DNA of 64,000 nt from a virus, in IMG/VR virus record IMGVR_UViG_3300023240_001094, positions 1 through 64,000 of that record. One strand, written 5' to 3'. Positions within the stretch are counted from its first letter, which is position 1. Each line of letters starts with the position of its first letter. The position numbers and the translations under genes were made by a program. The notes under the pieces were generated by a model that saw only the letters and a program-made list of their open reading frames with translations, was not told the origin of the DNA and did not search any database. Below, in pieces: positions 27,874 to 36,919 of the stretch.

Positions 27874-28753
27874 TACTATTATTTCCCTTCTGTGCTTTTG
27901 GCTGTAAGTCCTTGTTTAGGTCCCAGAGAATCTGTGCTTCCATTCCAATTTTACCGTTAAATGGGCATGGAGTTCCTGCCATCATCATAGCGTCAAAGAC
28001 ACCTTTGTCTTGACACATAACAGCAACTGCTGCAACTTTCATGCCCATACTATAGAGCAACTTAGAGTTCTTAAGTCTTTCACAGTTTATATCACGCACA
28101 TGGCCACCGCCAGAGGCGCCGAGAATCTGTGTTTGCACAGATGCTGAATATGACACAGTACATGTATCATTACCACCTGGCATTATCGTCGGCGCAATGG
28201 CAGAAGGAGGTGGTGACGTGACTGTCTGATTCACATCATTCGTGTTACTGTTAATATTCGTATTAGTTGACACCGAATCAACCGAATTGGTATTGGTATT
28301 TGTGCTCACGTTTGTATTCGTTGATGTTGAGTTAACAGTCTGATCAACTATAGAATCTGAAGTAGAAACGTTGGTGTTCGTGTTATTGTTTATCGCTGTA
28401 GAATCTACCGTTGAAGTGCTGTTATTTGTGTTTGTGTTATTAGTACCACCTGACACGACATTATTGTTTGTTGCCGTAGAATTTACGGTTGAGACATTCG
28501 TGTTAGAGTTCGAGGCAGTTGAAGTTACTGTCGAATTATTCACATTGTTATTTGTGTTTGTGCTGGTTATGTTGCTCGTGTTCGTATTGGTATTATTCGA
28601 ATTAACCGTGCTATTTGTAGTTGCATTCGTGTTACTATCAGTAGCAACAAAGCTGGTCGAGTCGTATAATCCATCACTGTCATCGGCAACCTGTGCAAGG
28701 ACAGGACTTCCTAAAAATAATAAAAACATGATAAAGGGCAATGAATTTTTCAT
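27809..28753 (-). CDS. exported Asn/Thr/Ser-rich protein with Cys-rich domain and C-terminal TM
   Basis: Signal peptide; NTNT repeats; SPPPSAIAP, CERLK, AGTPCP. Confidence 0.7.
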   Translation of the reverse strand: MKNSLPFIMFLLFLGSPVLAQVADDSDGLYDSTSFVATDSNTNATTNSTVNSNNTNTNTSNITSTNTNNNVNNSTVTSTASNSNTNVSTVNSTATNNNVVSGGTNNTNTNNSTSTVDSTAINNNTNTNVSTSDSIVDQTVNSTSTNTNVSTNTNTNSVDSVSTNTNINSNTNDVNQTVTSPPPSAIAPTIMPGGNDTCTVSYSASVQTQILGASGGGHVRDINCERLKNSKLLYSMGMKVAAVAVMCQDKGVFDAMMMAGTPCPFNGKIGMEAQILWDLNKDLQPKAQKGNNSNAAANKILGSLLFVTLLSIGL

Positions 28754-28781
28754 TGTATTTCCTCCATGTATTTTATAGAAC

Positions 28782-28789
28782 TATTTATA
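28782..28789 (-). promoter_or_regulatory. T4 late promoter
   Basis: TATAAATA. Confidence 0.7.
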
Positions 28790-28790
28790 C

Positions 28791-28819
28791 AAAAAAAGAG
28801 CGCCACAAGGACGCTCTTT
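28791..28819 (-). terminator. rho-independent terminator
   Basis: AGAGCGTC/GGCGCTCT stem followed by T-run. Confidence 0.75.
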
Positions 28820-28864
28820 AATTAGGAAGGCATGTGGCCTATCCTTATGCCGGCCAGGCAAGTA

Positions 28865-29212
28865 TTAGAAGTTAAAGCCAACACCAACTGTTGCTGTGTC
28901 GTATTTAAAATCTTCGTCTGCAGCAACTGTACCATAGAGAGATACCGTTGAGTTAAGACCGTATGTTGCTTTCGCAGATACACCAGTAAAGTCCATTGAA
29001 CCACCGTCAGTAAATGCTGCTTCTGCATGCATTTTTGGCTCAATAAGGAAGCCAGCCATAGAAACTGCGGGGCCGAATTCGATTGCAGTTGTTTCTGCTT
29101 CGATATCATATTCCACGTCACCAGCGAAGCCGATGCCTGCACCGAGGTCTGCCGCGAATGCAGAAGTAGTAAGAGCAAATGTTGCGGCTGTTGCCAAGAG
29201 AATTTTTTTCAT
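28865..29212 (-). CDS. small outer-membrane beta-barrel-like protein
   Basis: Signal peptide AFA-A, alternating beta pattern, C-terminal VGVGFNF (BAM signal-like). Confidence 0.7.
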   Translation of the reverse strand: MKKILLATAATFALTTSAFAADLGAGIGFAGDVEYDIEAETTAIEFGPAVSMAGFLIEPKMHAEAAFTDGGSMDFTGVSAKATYGLNSTVSLYGTVAADEDFKYDTATVGVGFNF

Positions 29213-29300
29213 GTTATAGTCCTATTAAATTAAAGTTGTTATGAGCCCGTTGATTCATTGCAGTGGAACTCATACTGCTAGGCTTCTATCGTTCGCCACG

Positions 29301-29473
29301 GATACGGTTTCTGTTTCTAGGCCACGTATCAGACCCACATGGCTTATGCCGCTAGGGCAGAACCAAAAGGAGATGCATTTGTGTTTGCATTTAGTAGTTG
29401 TGACTGAATAACGTAGGTCAACACGGTAAACTCCATTTCATTTTCACACCTGTCGATCCTAAATTTCAGCCCC
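29301..29473 (-). ncRNA. ssrA: tmRNA coding piece (permuted two-piece tmRNA)
   Basis: Starts GGGGCTGAAATTTAGGATCGAC; tag frame 29388-29344 = ANTNASPFGSALAA*; ends with alpha-type ...AACAGAAACCG. Confidence 0.9.
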
Positions 29474-29917
29474 ATCATCATTGTTCTTTTTCTTAGCATG
29501 AAAGTTTAAACCAGGACTAACTGCCTTTTTACCTTGGCCTCTAATCCAACCATCAGGAACATCTGCTCCTTCTTTAAAGCAACTTCTTTGAGTAGGATCA
29601 CTAGGATTGTGATACCATTTCAAACCTTGTGTAGAACCTTTGCTTCTTGTATAGGGTCTGTATTTCATACCCTTACGATTAGCATTGCCTTTAGCCGCAC
29701 CCTTTTTACCAGATTCGCTTAACATTTCTCTAACCAATTCTTCTTTAGTTAAGAGACCTGCTAAACCTTGCCAAGCCAATTTATCTTCCCATCTACCATA
29801 CTTCTCATATAGATTTTTATGCGCTTCTGCATGTTCTTCGATGGTAAGTTCTACTAAGTTACTTTCTTCGTCTGATCCGCCCAAATGCTTTGGGATGATA
29901 TGGTGTTTATGTTTCAT
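29459..29917 (-). mobile_element. HNH homing endonuclease in the tmRNA intervening segment
   Basis: HKHHIIPKHLGGSD...NLVELT.EEH..AH; C-terminal KWYHN...PDGWIRG. Confidence 0.88.
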
Positions 29918-29930
29918 TCTAAGCCCTCTT

Positions 29931-29963
29931 ATCTATCCTATTTCTATTTATAATAGGATAGAT
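29931..29963 (-). promoter_or_regulatory. late promoter inside an 11-bp hairpin
   Basis: ATCTATCCTAT-TATAAATAGAA-ATAGGATAGAT. Confidence 0.75.
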
Positions 29964-29977
29964 TTCAAGAACAATCA

Positions 29978-30035
29978 TGGTGAAGCTGCTGGGTACCGCC
30001 CCCAGGTCCAGAATGTGTCCACGTTGCTTCAACGT
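29978..30035 (-). ncRNA. ssrA: tmRNA acceptor piece
   Basis: GAC-CTGGG-GGCGGTA-CCCAG-CAGCTTC-ACCA; alpha-type T-loop; pairs with GGGGCTG giving G3:U70; 5' end approximate. Confidence 0.88.
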
Positions 30036-30117
30036 TTACAAGTTAATTTATACTATTTCGAGCAGTTTGTACACAGCCAATATTATTAATTCATTGGCTG
30101 TGTCATTAATGTATCAC

Positions 30118-30639
30118 TTAGAACGGGGCCGAAGTTGCACCGCTGCGATGCAGAAGCGTGTTATAAAGTGTGTCAATGTTGAAATAAAGGTCTTCAAGTG
30201 ATCCGTTATTATCAACAATGTAGTCTGTCATCCATGGTTCAATTGTCATGGATGACTTTGGTTCTGGAGGAAGATGATCTGAGCGATCGATCCAGATAGT
30301 ATGATCTACTAGACCTGCATTCACAATACCATGAAATTCGCGTTTGTTTCGCAGGCCAGCATAGATGTCAGAAATCTCAAAGATTTCTCGTCCAATAGTT
30401 GCCGGATCATCTGCACACCGCGCAGCAATAAGATTATACCATTCTGAGCGATGAGCACCACGATCTTCGAAGCATTCCTCTACGGTAGTATAACCATATA
30501 ACGGCGCAAGAACCGGAAACACTGTTTTCTCTGCGTTGTGCATGCTTGATGACGCAAACTTAACACCGTATTTCTCTTCTAGATATTCAGCCGCGGTATC
30601 TTTACCATGACGAGCATGACCAATAATAATTAGTTTCAT
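30118..30639 (-). CDS. deoxynucleoside monophosphate kinase-like protein
   Basis: P-loop GHARHGKDT; DYIVDNNGSLEDL. Confidence 0.75.
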   Translation of the reverse strand: MKLIIIGHARHGKDTAAEYLEEKYGVKFASSSMHNAEKTVFPVLAPLYGYTTVEECFEDRGAHRSEWYNLIAARCADDPATIGREIFEISDIYAGLRNKREFHGIVNAGLVDHTIWIDRSDHLPPEPKSSMTIEPWMTDYIVDNNGSLEDLYFNIDTLYNTLLHRSGATSAPF

Positions 30640-31115
30640 TAATCCCAAGTTCCATCCCATTTATAAAAAATATGAACACCGTACCTTACTGTCTCATCCA
30701 TTTGATACGCCCAATGTGGCTTATCAATATAGTCTGCATAGTAAAAAGTAGCGGAGCCCGTGTTGTCTTCTAAAGTGTTATTATAAACTGCTTCAGCCAC
30801 TTTGTAAACCTCTGAATAAAGTTCTTTATTGCCTGGTGTGTGGTTTTTCACAAGGTGTGTCCATGAAAACTGAAACGGTTCAAATACAACCTCACATACG
30901 GTATTTGGCCAGTTGCTATGCGCAACCCTATTCATAGTAACATGAGCAACTGCGCGTTGCCCTTCAATAGATTCTGATCTAGCTTCAAAATATATGTTCT
31001 GTGCCATACATCCAATTTCAGCTGAGTGCTGTTCCTGCTTTGCCGTTGCAGCAACAGCACCCAGTACAAATATTCCGCCGATCATGACGTTCGATAGTAT
31101 ATTTATTGTCATCAT
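30639..31115 (-). CDS. SleB-family cell wall hydrolase
   Basis: CMAQNIYFEARSE, VA.V..NRV, PNTVC.VV, QFSW, HIFY. Confidence 0.9.
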   Translation of the reverse strand: MMTINILSNVMIGGIFVLGAVAATAKQEQHSAEIGCMAQNIYFEARSESIEGQRAVAHVTMNRVAHSNWPNTVCEVVFEPFQFSWTHLVKNHTPGNKELYSEVYKVAEAVYNNTLEDNTGSATFYYADYIDKPHWAYQMDETVRYGVHIFYKWDGTWD

Positions 31116-31194
31116 AGTTCTTACCCTTTGTTAGTACTCTTATAATACATCACAAATGTAAAGTAAACAACTAATCATGTTACTACTTTACCTG

Positions 31195-31881
31195 TTACTG
31201 ATTTGTAACAAACTCATCTACCATCGGGAATACTGTTGCGATTGCCTTAGCAACTTCCCTTGCAACTTCGATATGCTCTTTCTGTGTTCCATTTCCAGAG
31301 CGTAGTTCAATATAGTGGACCCATGAACGAAGTGTGCCATTCATATATATCTTACTTAGAGTATTGCCTTCTGGGAAAACACATCGTGCTTGTTCCTTAG
31401 CAATACCACGTGAGATAGCCCAATCATAAGACTCTCGGGCTTTTTCAATTACACTCAGTTGACGTGCTGCCCATTCACGCTGCAATTCCTGATCTTGAGT
31501 CTCAACGCTATTCTGGCGATTCTTATGGTCTTGAAGTCGTGCTTCTCTCAGAACAAAAGAAACATCAAGACTGTCAGGATCGGCATAACGCTGACTGAAC
31601 TCTTGAAAATAGAAGCTTCTGTGTCGAAGAATTTGGCGTGCAATATCACGTGTTGTGTCAATACCAATGGTTGCATTACACATTTCAAGTGGTGACCAAT
31701 GCTTATGTTTAACGAGATATCTAACCAGCTTTTCACCAGACTCGCTGTTGAACTGATTAGCCGGGTTAGATACTCTCGCGCAGTAAGCGATGAGCTCAAG
31801 AGCATCATCAAAATGCTCTTTAAACTCATCAGCGGGTGCTGGTTGAACTACTAGAAATGCCTTTGGTTTCAGGTAATTCAT
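31195..31881 (-). CDS. thyX: FAD-dependent thymidylate synthase
   Basis: HWSPLE, RQILRHRSF.FQEFSQRY, TQKEH. Confidence 0.95.
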   Translation of the reverse strand: MNYLKPKAFLVVQPAPADEFKEHFDDALELIAYCARVSNPANQFNSESGEKLVRYLVKHKHWSPLEMCNATIGIDTTRDIARQILRHRSFYFQEFSQRYADPDSLDVSFVLREARLQDHKNRQNSVETQDQELQREWAARQLSVIEKARESYDWAISRGIAKEQARCVFPEGNTLSKIYMNGTLRSWVHYIELRSGNGTQKEHIEVAREVAKAIATVFPMVDEFVTNQ

Positions 31882-32183
31882 GTGATGTCATACTCCGATG
31901 CAAGGGCGTTATTCTTTTTCTTGGTTTTTTCAGGGGCAGACTCTGCCATGAACCACTGCTTACCTTCAATGCGAATAAAGCGACGATTGGTTTCTTCCCG
32001 GTTTGGATTTTCAATTGTAATCATCGTGCGGCGCCCTTTACGGCTGGCGTTGAGCTGATTAATGAGGCGGTCCCCAGATGCTTTATAATCGGCACGAACC
32101 GCTGCCTTTGTTGAGCTGCTCACGCTTGAGTGAACACCCTGTGAAATAAAGCCCTTAGACTTTCCGCCTTTACCTTTAGCCAT
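31878..32183 (-). CDS. basic hypothetical protein
   Basis: TIENPNREETNRRFIR motif. Confidence 0.6.
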   Translation of the reverse strand: MAKGKGGKSKGFISQGVHSSVSSSTKAAVRADYKASGDRLINQLNASRKGRRTMITIENPNREETNRRFIRIEGKQWFMAESAPEKTKKKNNALASEYDIT

Positions 32184-32244
32184 AACTATTCTCCTATATG
32201 TGACTAAGTTTATTATATAACGATTTATAAGATTTGTACACTAA

Positions 32245-33612
32245 TTAGATTTTAAAATCTGAAAATCTTTCTTCCATTTTAGAATTGTCAAAGACTGGTG
32301 TATCATTTACCAGATTATCTTCTGCGCCATCAACATCAAAAAGTTTCATCCGAGATTTGTCAATGCCAATAACAAAGCGCTTATGATTGTTTGGATCATT
32401 ATAGCGGTTCTTAAGCTGCTTGACCATGATCTGACCTTGTGCTTCCAATTCTTCATTAGAAACAAGGGCGAACATTAAGTCTGCTGTAGCTGGCAAACCA
32501 AAGGACTCGGAAGTATCCTCAAGCCCAGGATCGGAGCTATTGTAGCCAGTACGAGTTGTTTGTGTTGCAGAGACGATCGGGAGGTCAAACTCAACAGCAA
32601 GGCCACGTAGTTCTTCAGCGATTGCTTTAATGTATGAGTAGCTATTAGTACTTCCTCCCATTTTAATGCGCGACGAAGCACAGATATTTAGATAGTCAAT
32701 AAAGATAATATCTGGGGTAAAGCCCTTTTTGAGTTTCAATTCATTTAAGAGAGCACGGAAGTGGTTTGCGTTTGCAGAACCAGTTGGATACTCTTTTACA
32801 ATCAACTTACCATTTGTTTTTGTTTTAAGTTTGCCGATGCGCTCAACAAAACTTTCCTTAGATAGCGTTTCAATTTCACCAATCGGAATATCGAGTAGGT
32901 TAGCATCAATGCGCTCAGCGATGCGTTCTTCACTCATTTCCATTGTAATGTATAATGCGTTTTTACCTTCACACAATGCGCCGGCAGCAACGTGACACAT
33001 AAACAATGATTTACCAACACCAGTACCAGCCAAAGCGATATTAAGCGATTTGTTAGCAAGTCCACCCTTTGTAATAATATTGAAATACTCAAGGTCGAAT
33101 GGAAGCTTTTCTTCCTGTGAATGATAAAACTCATAGCGAGCATCAACATTTTCAAGATAGTCGTGACCAATGTTTGTATCAAAGGTTACAGCAAGTGCCT
33201 TCGTGAGAATATCAGGCAAAGCATTTTTAGTAAGCTCCTTATGCTTACCATCAATAATACTGATAGACTCCATTACAGCGTTAAACAGTGCTCTGTCTTG
33301 GCACCATTTCTCAGTGTTATTATAAAGCCATTCATCATCAATCTCATCCTTTTTAAAGATTTCAGGGATGATTTCTACAGCATGACGATAGTGTTCGTCG
33401 GACATAGACGGGTTGTTATCCAACTCGATTTTGAATGTTTCGGCCGATGGTAGCTTATTATATTTCGCAACAAACTTTGCAACTTCTTTAAATAACTGAC
33501 TATAGACCCCTTCAAAGTATTCTGGTTTAATGAATGGCAATACACGCCGCATATATTGCTCATTCACTAAAAGATTGCGTAATACCGTTTGTTCAATATT
33601 AGCGTTTATCAT
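32245..33612 (-). CDS. 41: replicative helicase gp41
   Basis: AGTGVGKS, EMSEE, IDYLNI, SATQT, SESFGLPATAD, KNRY. Confidence 0.96.
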   Translation of the reverse strand: MINANIEQTVLRNLLVNEQYMRRVLPFIKPEYFEGVYSQLFKEVAKFVAKYNKLPSAETFKIELDNNPSMSDEHYRHAVEIIPEIFKKDEIDDEWLYNNTEKWCQDRALFNAVMESISIIDGKHKELTKNALPDILTKALAVTFDTNIGHDYLENVDARYEFYHSQEEKLPFDLEYFNIITKGGLANKSLNIALAGTGVGKSLFMCHVAAGALCEGKNALYITMEMSEERIAERIDANLLDIPIGEIETLSKESFVERIGKLKTKTNGKLIVKEYPTGSANANHFRALLNELKLKKGFTPDIIFIDYLNICASSRIKMGGSTNSYSYIKAIAEELRGLAVEFDLPIVSATQTTRTGYNSSDPGLEDTSESFGLPATADLMFALVSNEELEAQGQIMVKQLKNRYNDPNNHKRFVIGIDKSRMKLFDVDGAEDNLVNDTPVFDNSKMEERFSDFKI

Positions 33613-33910
33613 CTGATTCCTTTTCCTCCAGTGCTTTCACTGAGTACGTTAATATAGATGATAATACATTACTTGCGTGTTCTTGTAAACCAGTATTTTC
33701 GTCGGTTAAAGAAAGATCTGGGGAGGAAACAACATCAAAGTTAAACTTTAGATATTCATCATCGTCAGACACAGTAAGCTCGCTAAACTTGATGACAGTT
33801 TCAGTATAGTCCCCAGTGAGAAGGCGAACGTCCCAATTTTCGCCTTCACTAGGAACCAATTCATAATCTACATTCTGTTCGAGTAGAATTGTTTCTTCAT
33901 ATGTGTTCAT
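33599..33910 (-). CDS. gp40-like protein
   Basis: Position between uvsX and 41; LKFNFDV. Confidence 0.55.
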   Translation of the reverse strand: MNTYEETILLEQNVDYELVPSEGENWDVRLLTGDYTETVIKFSELTVSDDDEYLKFNFDVVSSPDLSLTDENTGLQEHASNVLSSILTYSVKALEEKESDDKR

Positions 33911-34989
33911 TAGTCTTCCTCTGGGTCCGCTGATACAATAGCCGGTTGATCTACAATAGCATTCATATCAACAAGTGACTCATGGCCAATCTGATATTGC
34001 TTTTTAAGGAACTCTTTAAAATCAGTATCCTTCATAATTGGATCCCAGAATTCGCCACTGAGAGTATCTTTCTCTCGGCGCTTTGGATCCATAAGCTCAC
34101 CAGTTTCTTGATCAACTCGGCAATACCAACCAGCGCTTGGTTTAGTGACGTATCCGCCAGCCATAGCAGCATCTAGCAGACCGGAGTATTTCTCAACACC
34201 ACCAGACCATGAAACAGAGATAGGAATCTTAGATTTTTCTTTGACGTAACGTGATTTTTCAACGTTGATCACAAAGTCATAGCCCATAATCTCAGTGCCT
34301 GATTTATTTTGGCGACGACCAAGAATCCAGATGTTGTCGGCTGAGTAGTAAATTCCAGTGCCGCCTGAAACAATTGCCTTAGGAAACAGACCAATTTCTT
34401 GATATGTGTGGTTGATAGCCAACATCGGAATGTTCTTCATGGCAAGATATGGAGTAGCCATACGGAACAGGCCTTTAAGAGCTTTTGCGCGCGACATATC
34501 CGCTACTGATTTTTCGTTCAGCGCATCTTCCATTTCTTTCTTAGATGCAAGGTTACCAATAGAGTCAATAACAACAATGACGTTTTCCTTACGGTCAATT
34601 GACTCAAGCTGGTTAATCAGGTCAAATTTAAGTTGCTCCACGTTCATGATTGGTGTGTGAAGAACTCGTGCTGGATCAATACCGAATTGCTTGAAGTACG
34701 ACTGGGGTGAACCAAATTCCGAGTCATAAAATAGGATAACAGCATCCTTATGCTTATCAAGATATGCACCTGCCATAAGCAAAGCAAATGATGTTTTAAA
34801 GTGTTTTGACGGACCAGCCAATACTGTAAGGCCTGAGGAAAGTCCACCGTCACAGTCACCAGAGAGCGCTACGTTAACCATAGGAACGCTTGTTGGAACT
34901 TGATCTTTTTCGTTAAAGAACTTAGATTCAGATAAGATTTCTGTTGTCTTAAGTGTAGAGTTCTTTTTTAGTTTGTCCATAATTGACAT
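33910..34989 (-). CDS. uvsX: UvsX recombinase
   Basis: AGPSKHFKT, YDSEFG, DSIGNLAS, ADMSRAK. Confidence 0.96.
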   Translation of the reverse strand: MSIMDKLKKNSTLKTTEILSESKFFNEKDQVPTSVPMVNVALSGDCDGGLSSGLTVLAGPSKHFKTSFALLMAGAYLDKHKDAVILFYDSEFGSPQSYFKQFGIDPARVLHTPIMNVEQLKFDLINQLESIDRKENVIVVIDSIGNLASKKEMEDALNEKSVADMSRAKALKGLFRMATPYLAMKNIPMLAINHTYQEIGLFPKAIVSGGTGIYYSADNIWILGRRQNKSGTEIMGYDFVINVEKSRYVKEKSKIPISVSWSGGVEKYSGLLDAAMAGGYVTKPSAGWYCRVDQETGELMDPKRREKDTLSGEFWDPIMKDTDFKEFLKKQYQIGHESLVDMNAIVDQPAIVSADPEED

Positions 34990-35017
34990 TCATCATTCTC
35001 CATTAGATAAATTATGT

Positions 35018-35845
35018 TTATTCATATTGTACTTTTTGCTCGATTTCACGCGAGTCTTTTTCATAGTTCTTGCGGTACTCATTATTGGCTTTAATCACCG
35101 CGTCCAATACAGAAAGATCAGGGCAGAAGTTACGAATGGCTGCAGTGTCCTTAGGGAAGCATGAACCACCATAACCGCGTTTACCATCAAAACCTGGAAC
35201 CTTCATATGTGAATGTCCGATTCGTGGATCTGATCCAATAGTATTTGAAATTACATTGTATCTATCACCGGTATTATCTACCATATCTTTCCACTGATTG
35301 AACCATACGACTTTCATAGCAAGAAAAGAGTTAATGCCATACTTAACAAAGCTTGCTTCACTTGCTGTCATATAATGAACAGGAGCCGGATTACAATTTG
35401 AGTTAAACTTGTAGAGGTTTTTAACTCGTTTTGTAAATTCAGGATGGCCACCAAGAACGTGGAACTCAGGATTTAGAAACTCGTCAAAGGCATTTCTCTC
35501 GGTAAGAAATTCAGGGTTATAAACGAAGCGCTTATATGCACAGATATTTTCAATGATATCTGGAGTCACTGTAGACTTGATAATAACTGTTCCTGAGGCC
35601 ATTTGGTGAAGATGTTTAGCCACGGAATTGATGATTGTGTCATCAATTGAACCATCAGGTCCCATAGGCGTTGGAACACACACAAATGTAAAGTCGGCAC
35701 CGAAGTCTTCCATATCATCAATGTTTGAATGACCTTGATACGGATCAACAATCATAATTTCATTTGATGAATTACGAAAACCAAATTCAACGGCTTTTCC
35801 AACGAAGCCGTATCCAATAATAGCAATTTTGGTAATCTTTTTCAT
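35018..35845 (-). CDS. UDP-glucose/GDP-mannose dehydrogenase family protein (short form)
   Basis: GYGFVG, CVPTP, IKSTV.P, NPEFL, K...NSFLA.K, GYGGSCFPKD. Confidence 0.9.
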   Translation of the reverse strand: MKKITKIAIIGYGFVGKAVEFGFRNSSNEIMIVDPYQGHSNIDDMEDFGADFTFVCVPTPMGPDGSIDDTIINSVAKHLHQMASGTVIIKSTVTPDIIENICAYKRFVYNPEFLTERNAFDEFLNPEFHVLGGHPEFTKRVKNLYKFNSNCNPAPVHYMTASEASFVKYGINSFLAMKVVWFNQWKDMVDNTGDRYNVISNTIGSDPRIGHSHMKVPGFDGKRGYGGSCFPKDTAAIRNFCPDLSVLDAVIKANNEYRKNYEKDSREIEQKVQYE

Positions 35846-35982
35846 TAATGCTTCCCTACAGAAAAAACGCTTATAAGGCGAGAGCCTTCTTCAACAGCAC
35901 GACGTTTAACCTCACTTACAGTAATACCATGCTCATCTGCTACTGCTTTATATAGTGCATCGATAGCTTCTTTAGTTGACAT
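35845..35982 (-). CDS. small hypothetical protein (45 aa)
   Basis: Manual translation MSTKEAIDALYKAVADEHG...; overlaps both neighbours. Confidence 0.5.
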   Translation of the reverse strand: MSTKEAIDALYKAVADEHGITVSEVKRRAVEEGSRLISVFSVGKH

Positions 35983-36919
35983 TATAATATCCTTTGTACC
36001 ATGTCATAAATTTCTCGACACCAACCGGTAATGGTGTAGATGGACTATATCCAAGTTTTCTAATCTTTGCTGTATCGGACCAGGTGTCTTTGGCATCAGC
36101 CGGATGCATGTCAGCCAATATACGCTTTGCCTTTTTACCTAGATTAATTTCGATATGATCAACAAAATCAGTTAGTTTAACCTGCTGTCCATAACCAATA
36201 TTATATATCATATCTTCAGGATGTACACGTGAAATGGTGTTGTTCACAAGAATAACTATACCATTAACGATATCATCGATGTATGTAAAGTCACGAGTCA
36301 TGTCACCGTGATTGTAGAGCGTGATCGGATTACCCTTTACGATATTATTGGCAAAGTCAAAGAGTGCCATATCAGGTCGACCCCAGGGTCCGTAGACCGT
36401 AAAGAATCGAAGGCCTGTTGTATTTTTAATTTTAGAGCAGGCAAATTGTGACTCGTTGGCAACCTTTGTCATAGCATATGGATTAGAAGCTCTACCGACA
36501 TTGTCATCCTCAGTCCATGGAAGAGGGTTTCCGACCATACAGCTTGATGTCGAGGCATATAGCACGTGATCTACACCATGCTTAACTGATGCGTTAATAA
36601 GATTCTGTGTGCCGGTTACGTTATTATCAATGTATTTTTGAGGATCGGCGAGCGAGTGTCTCACGCCTGCATAACCAGCCAAATGAATAATCACATCAGG
36701 TTTATGATTACCAATATATTCCTCAACAAACTCGGCATCCTTTAAATCACCATATGGAACTGAAATAGAAAGTTGATCAGCCCGAGCATATTTTAAAGTC
36801 TGGTCATAATAATCATTATAGCTGTCAAATGAGCACACTATATGACCGTCCTCAATTAAACGGTTAATAACATGAAACCCGATGAATCCCGCACCACCAG
36901 TGACTAGTATTTTACTCAT
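35972..36919 (-). CDS. NAD-dependent epimerase, UDP-glucuronate 4-epimerase-like
   Basis: TGGAGFIG, HLAG.AGVR.S, YAMTK, LRFFTVYGPWGRPDMA, RDFTYIDD. Confidence 0.9.
   Translation of the reverse strand: MSKILVTGGAGFIGFHVINRLIEDGHIVCSFDSYNDYYDQTLKYARADQLSISVPYGDLKDAEFVEEYIGNHKPDVIIHLAGYAGVRHSLADPQKYIDNNVTGTQNLINASVKHGVDHVLYASTSSCMVGNPLPWTEDDNVGRASNPYAMTKVANESQFACSKIKNTTGLRFFTVYGPWGRPDMALFDFANNIVKGNPITLYNHGDMTRDFTYIDDIVNGIVILVNNTISRVHPEDMIYNIGYGQQVKLTDFVDHIEINLGKKAKRILADMHPADAKDTWSDTAKIRKLGYSPSTPLPVGVEKFMTWYKGYYNVN

Noticed and set aside
28300-28640. Repetitive stretch resembling a repeat array
   Set aside because: It is Asn/Thr-rich coding sequence with no fixed repeat-spacer period, so not a CRISPR array
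28829-28856. GGCCGGCAT start resembling an HDV/theta ribozyme, with two possible 5-bp stems
   Set aside because: No P3/L3 or catalytic C context; loop lengths of 0 and 1 make a pseudoknot implausible
29301-29335. CTGATAC...GAAAC resembling a hammerhead core
   Set aside because: Lacks CUGANGA; better explained as the 3' domain of the alpha-type tmRNA coding piece
29474-29977. Group I intron in the tmRNA
   Set aside because: The ORF and promoter fill the segment; no P/Q/R/S elements are visible and the position matches the permuted intervening segment
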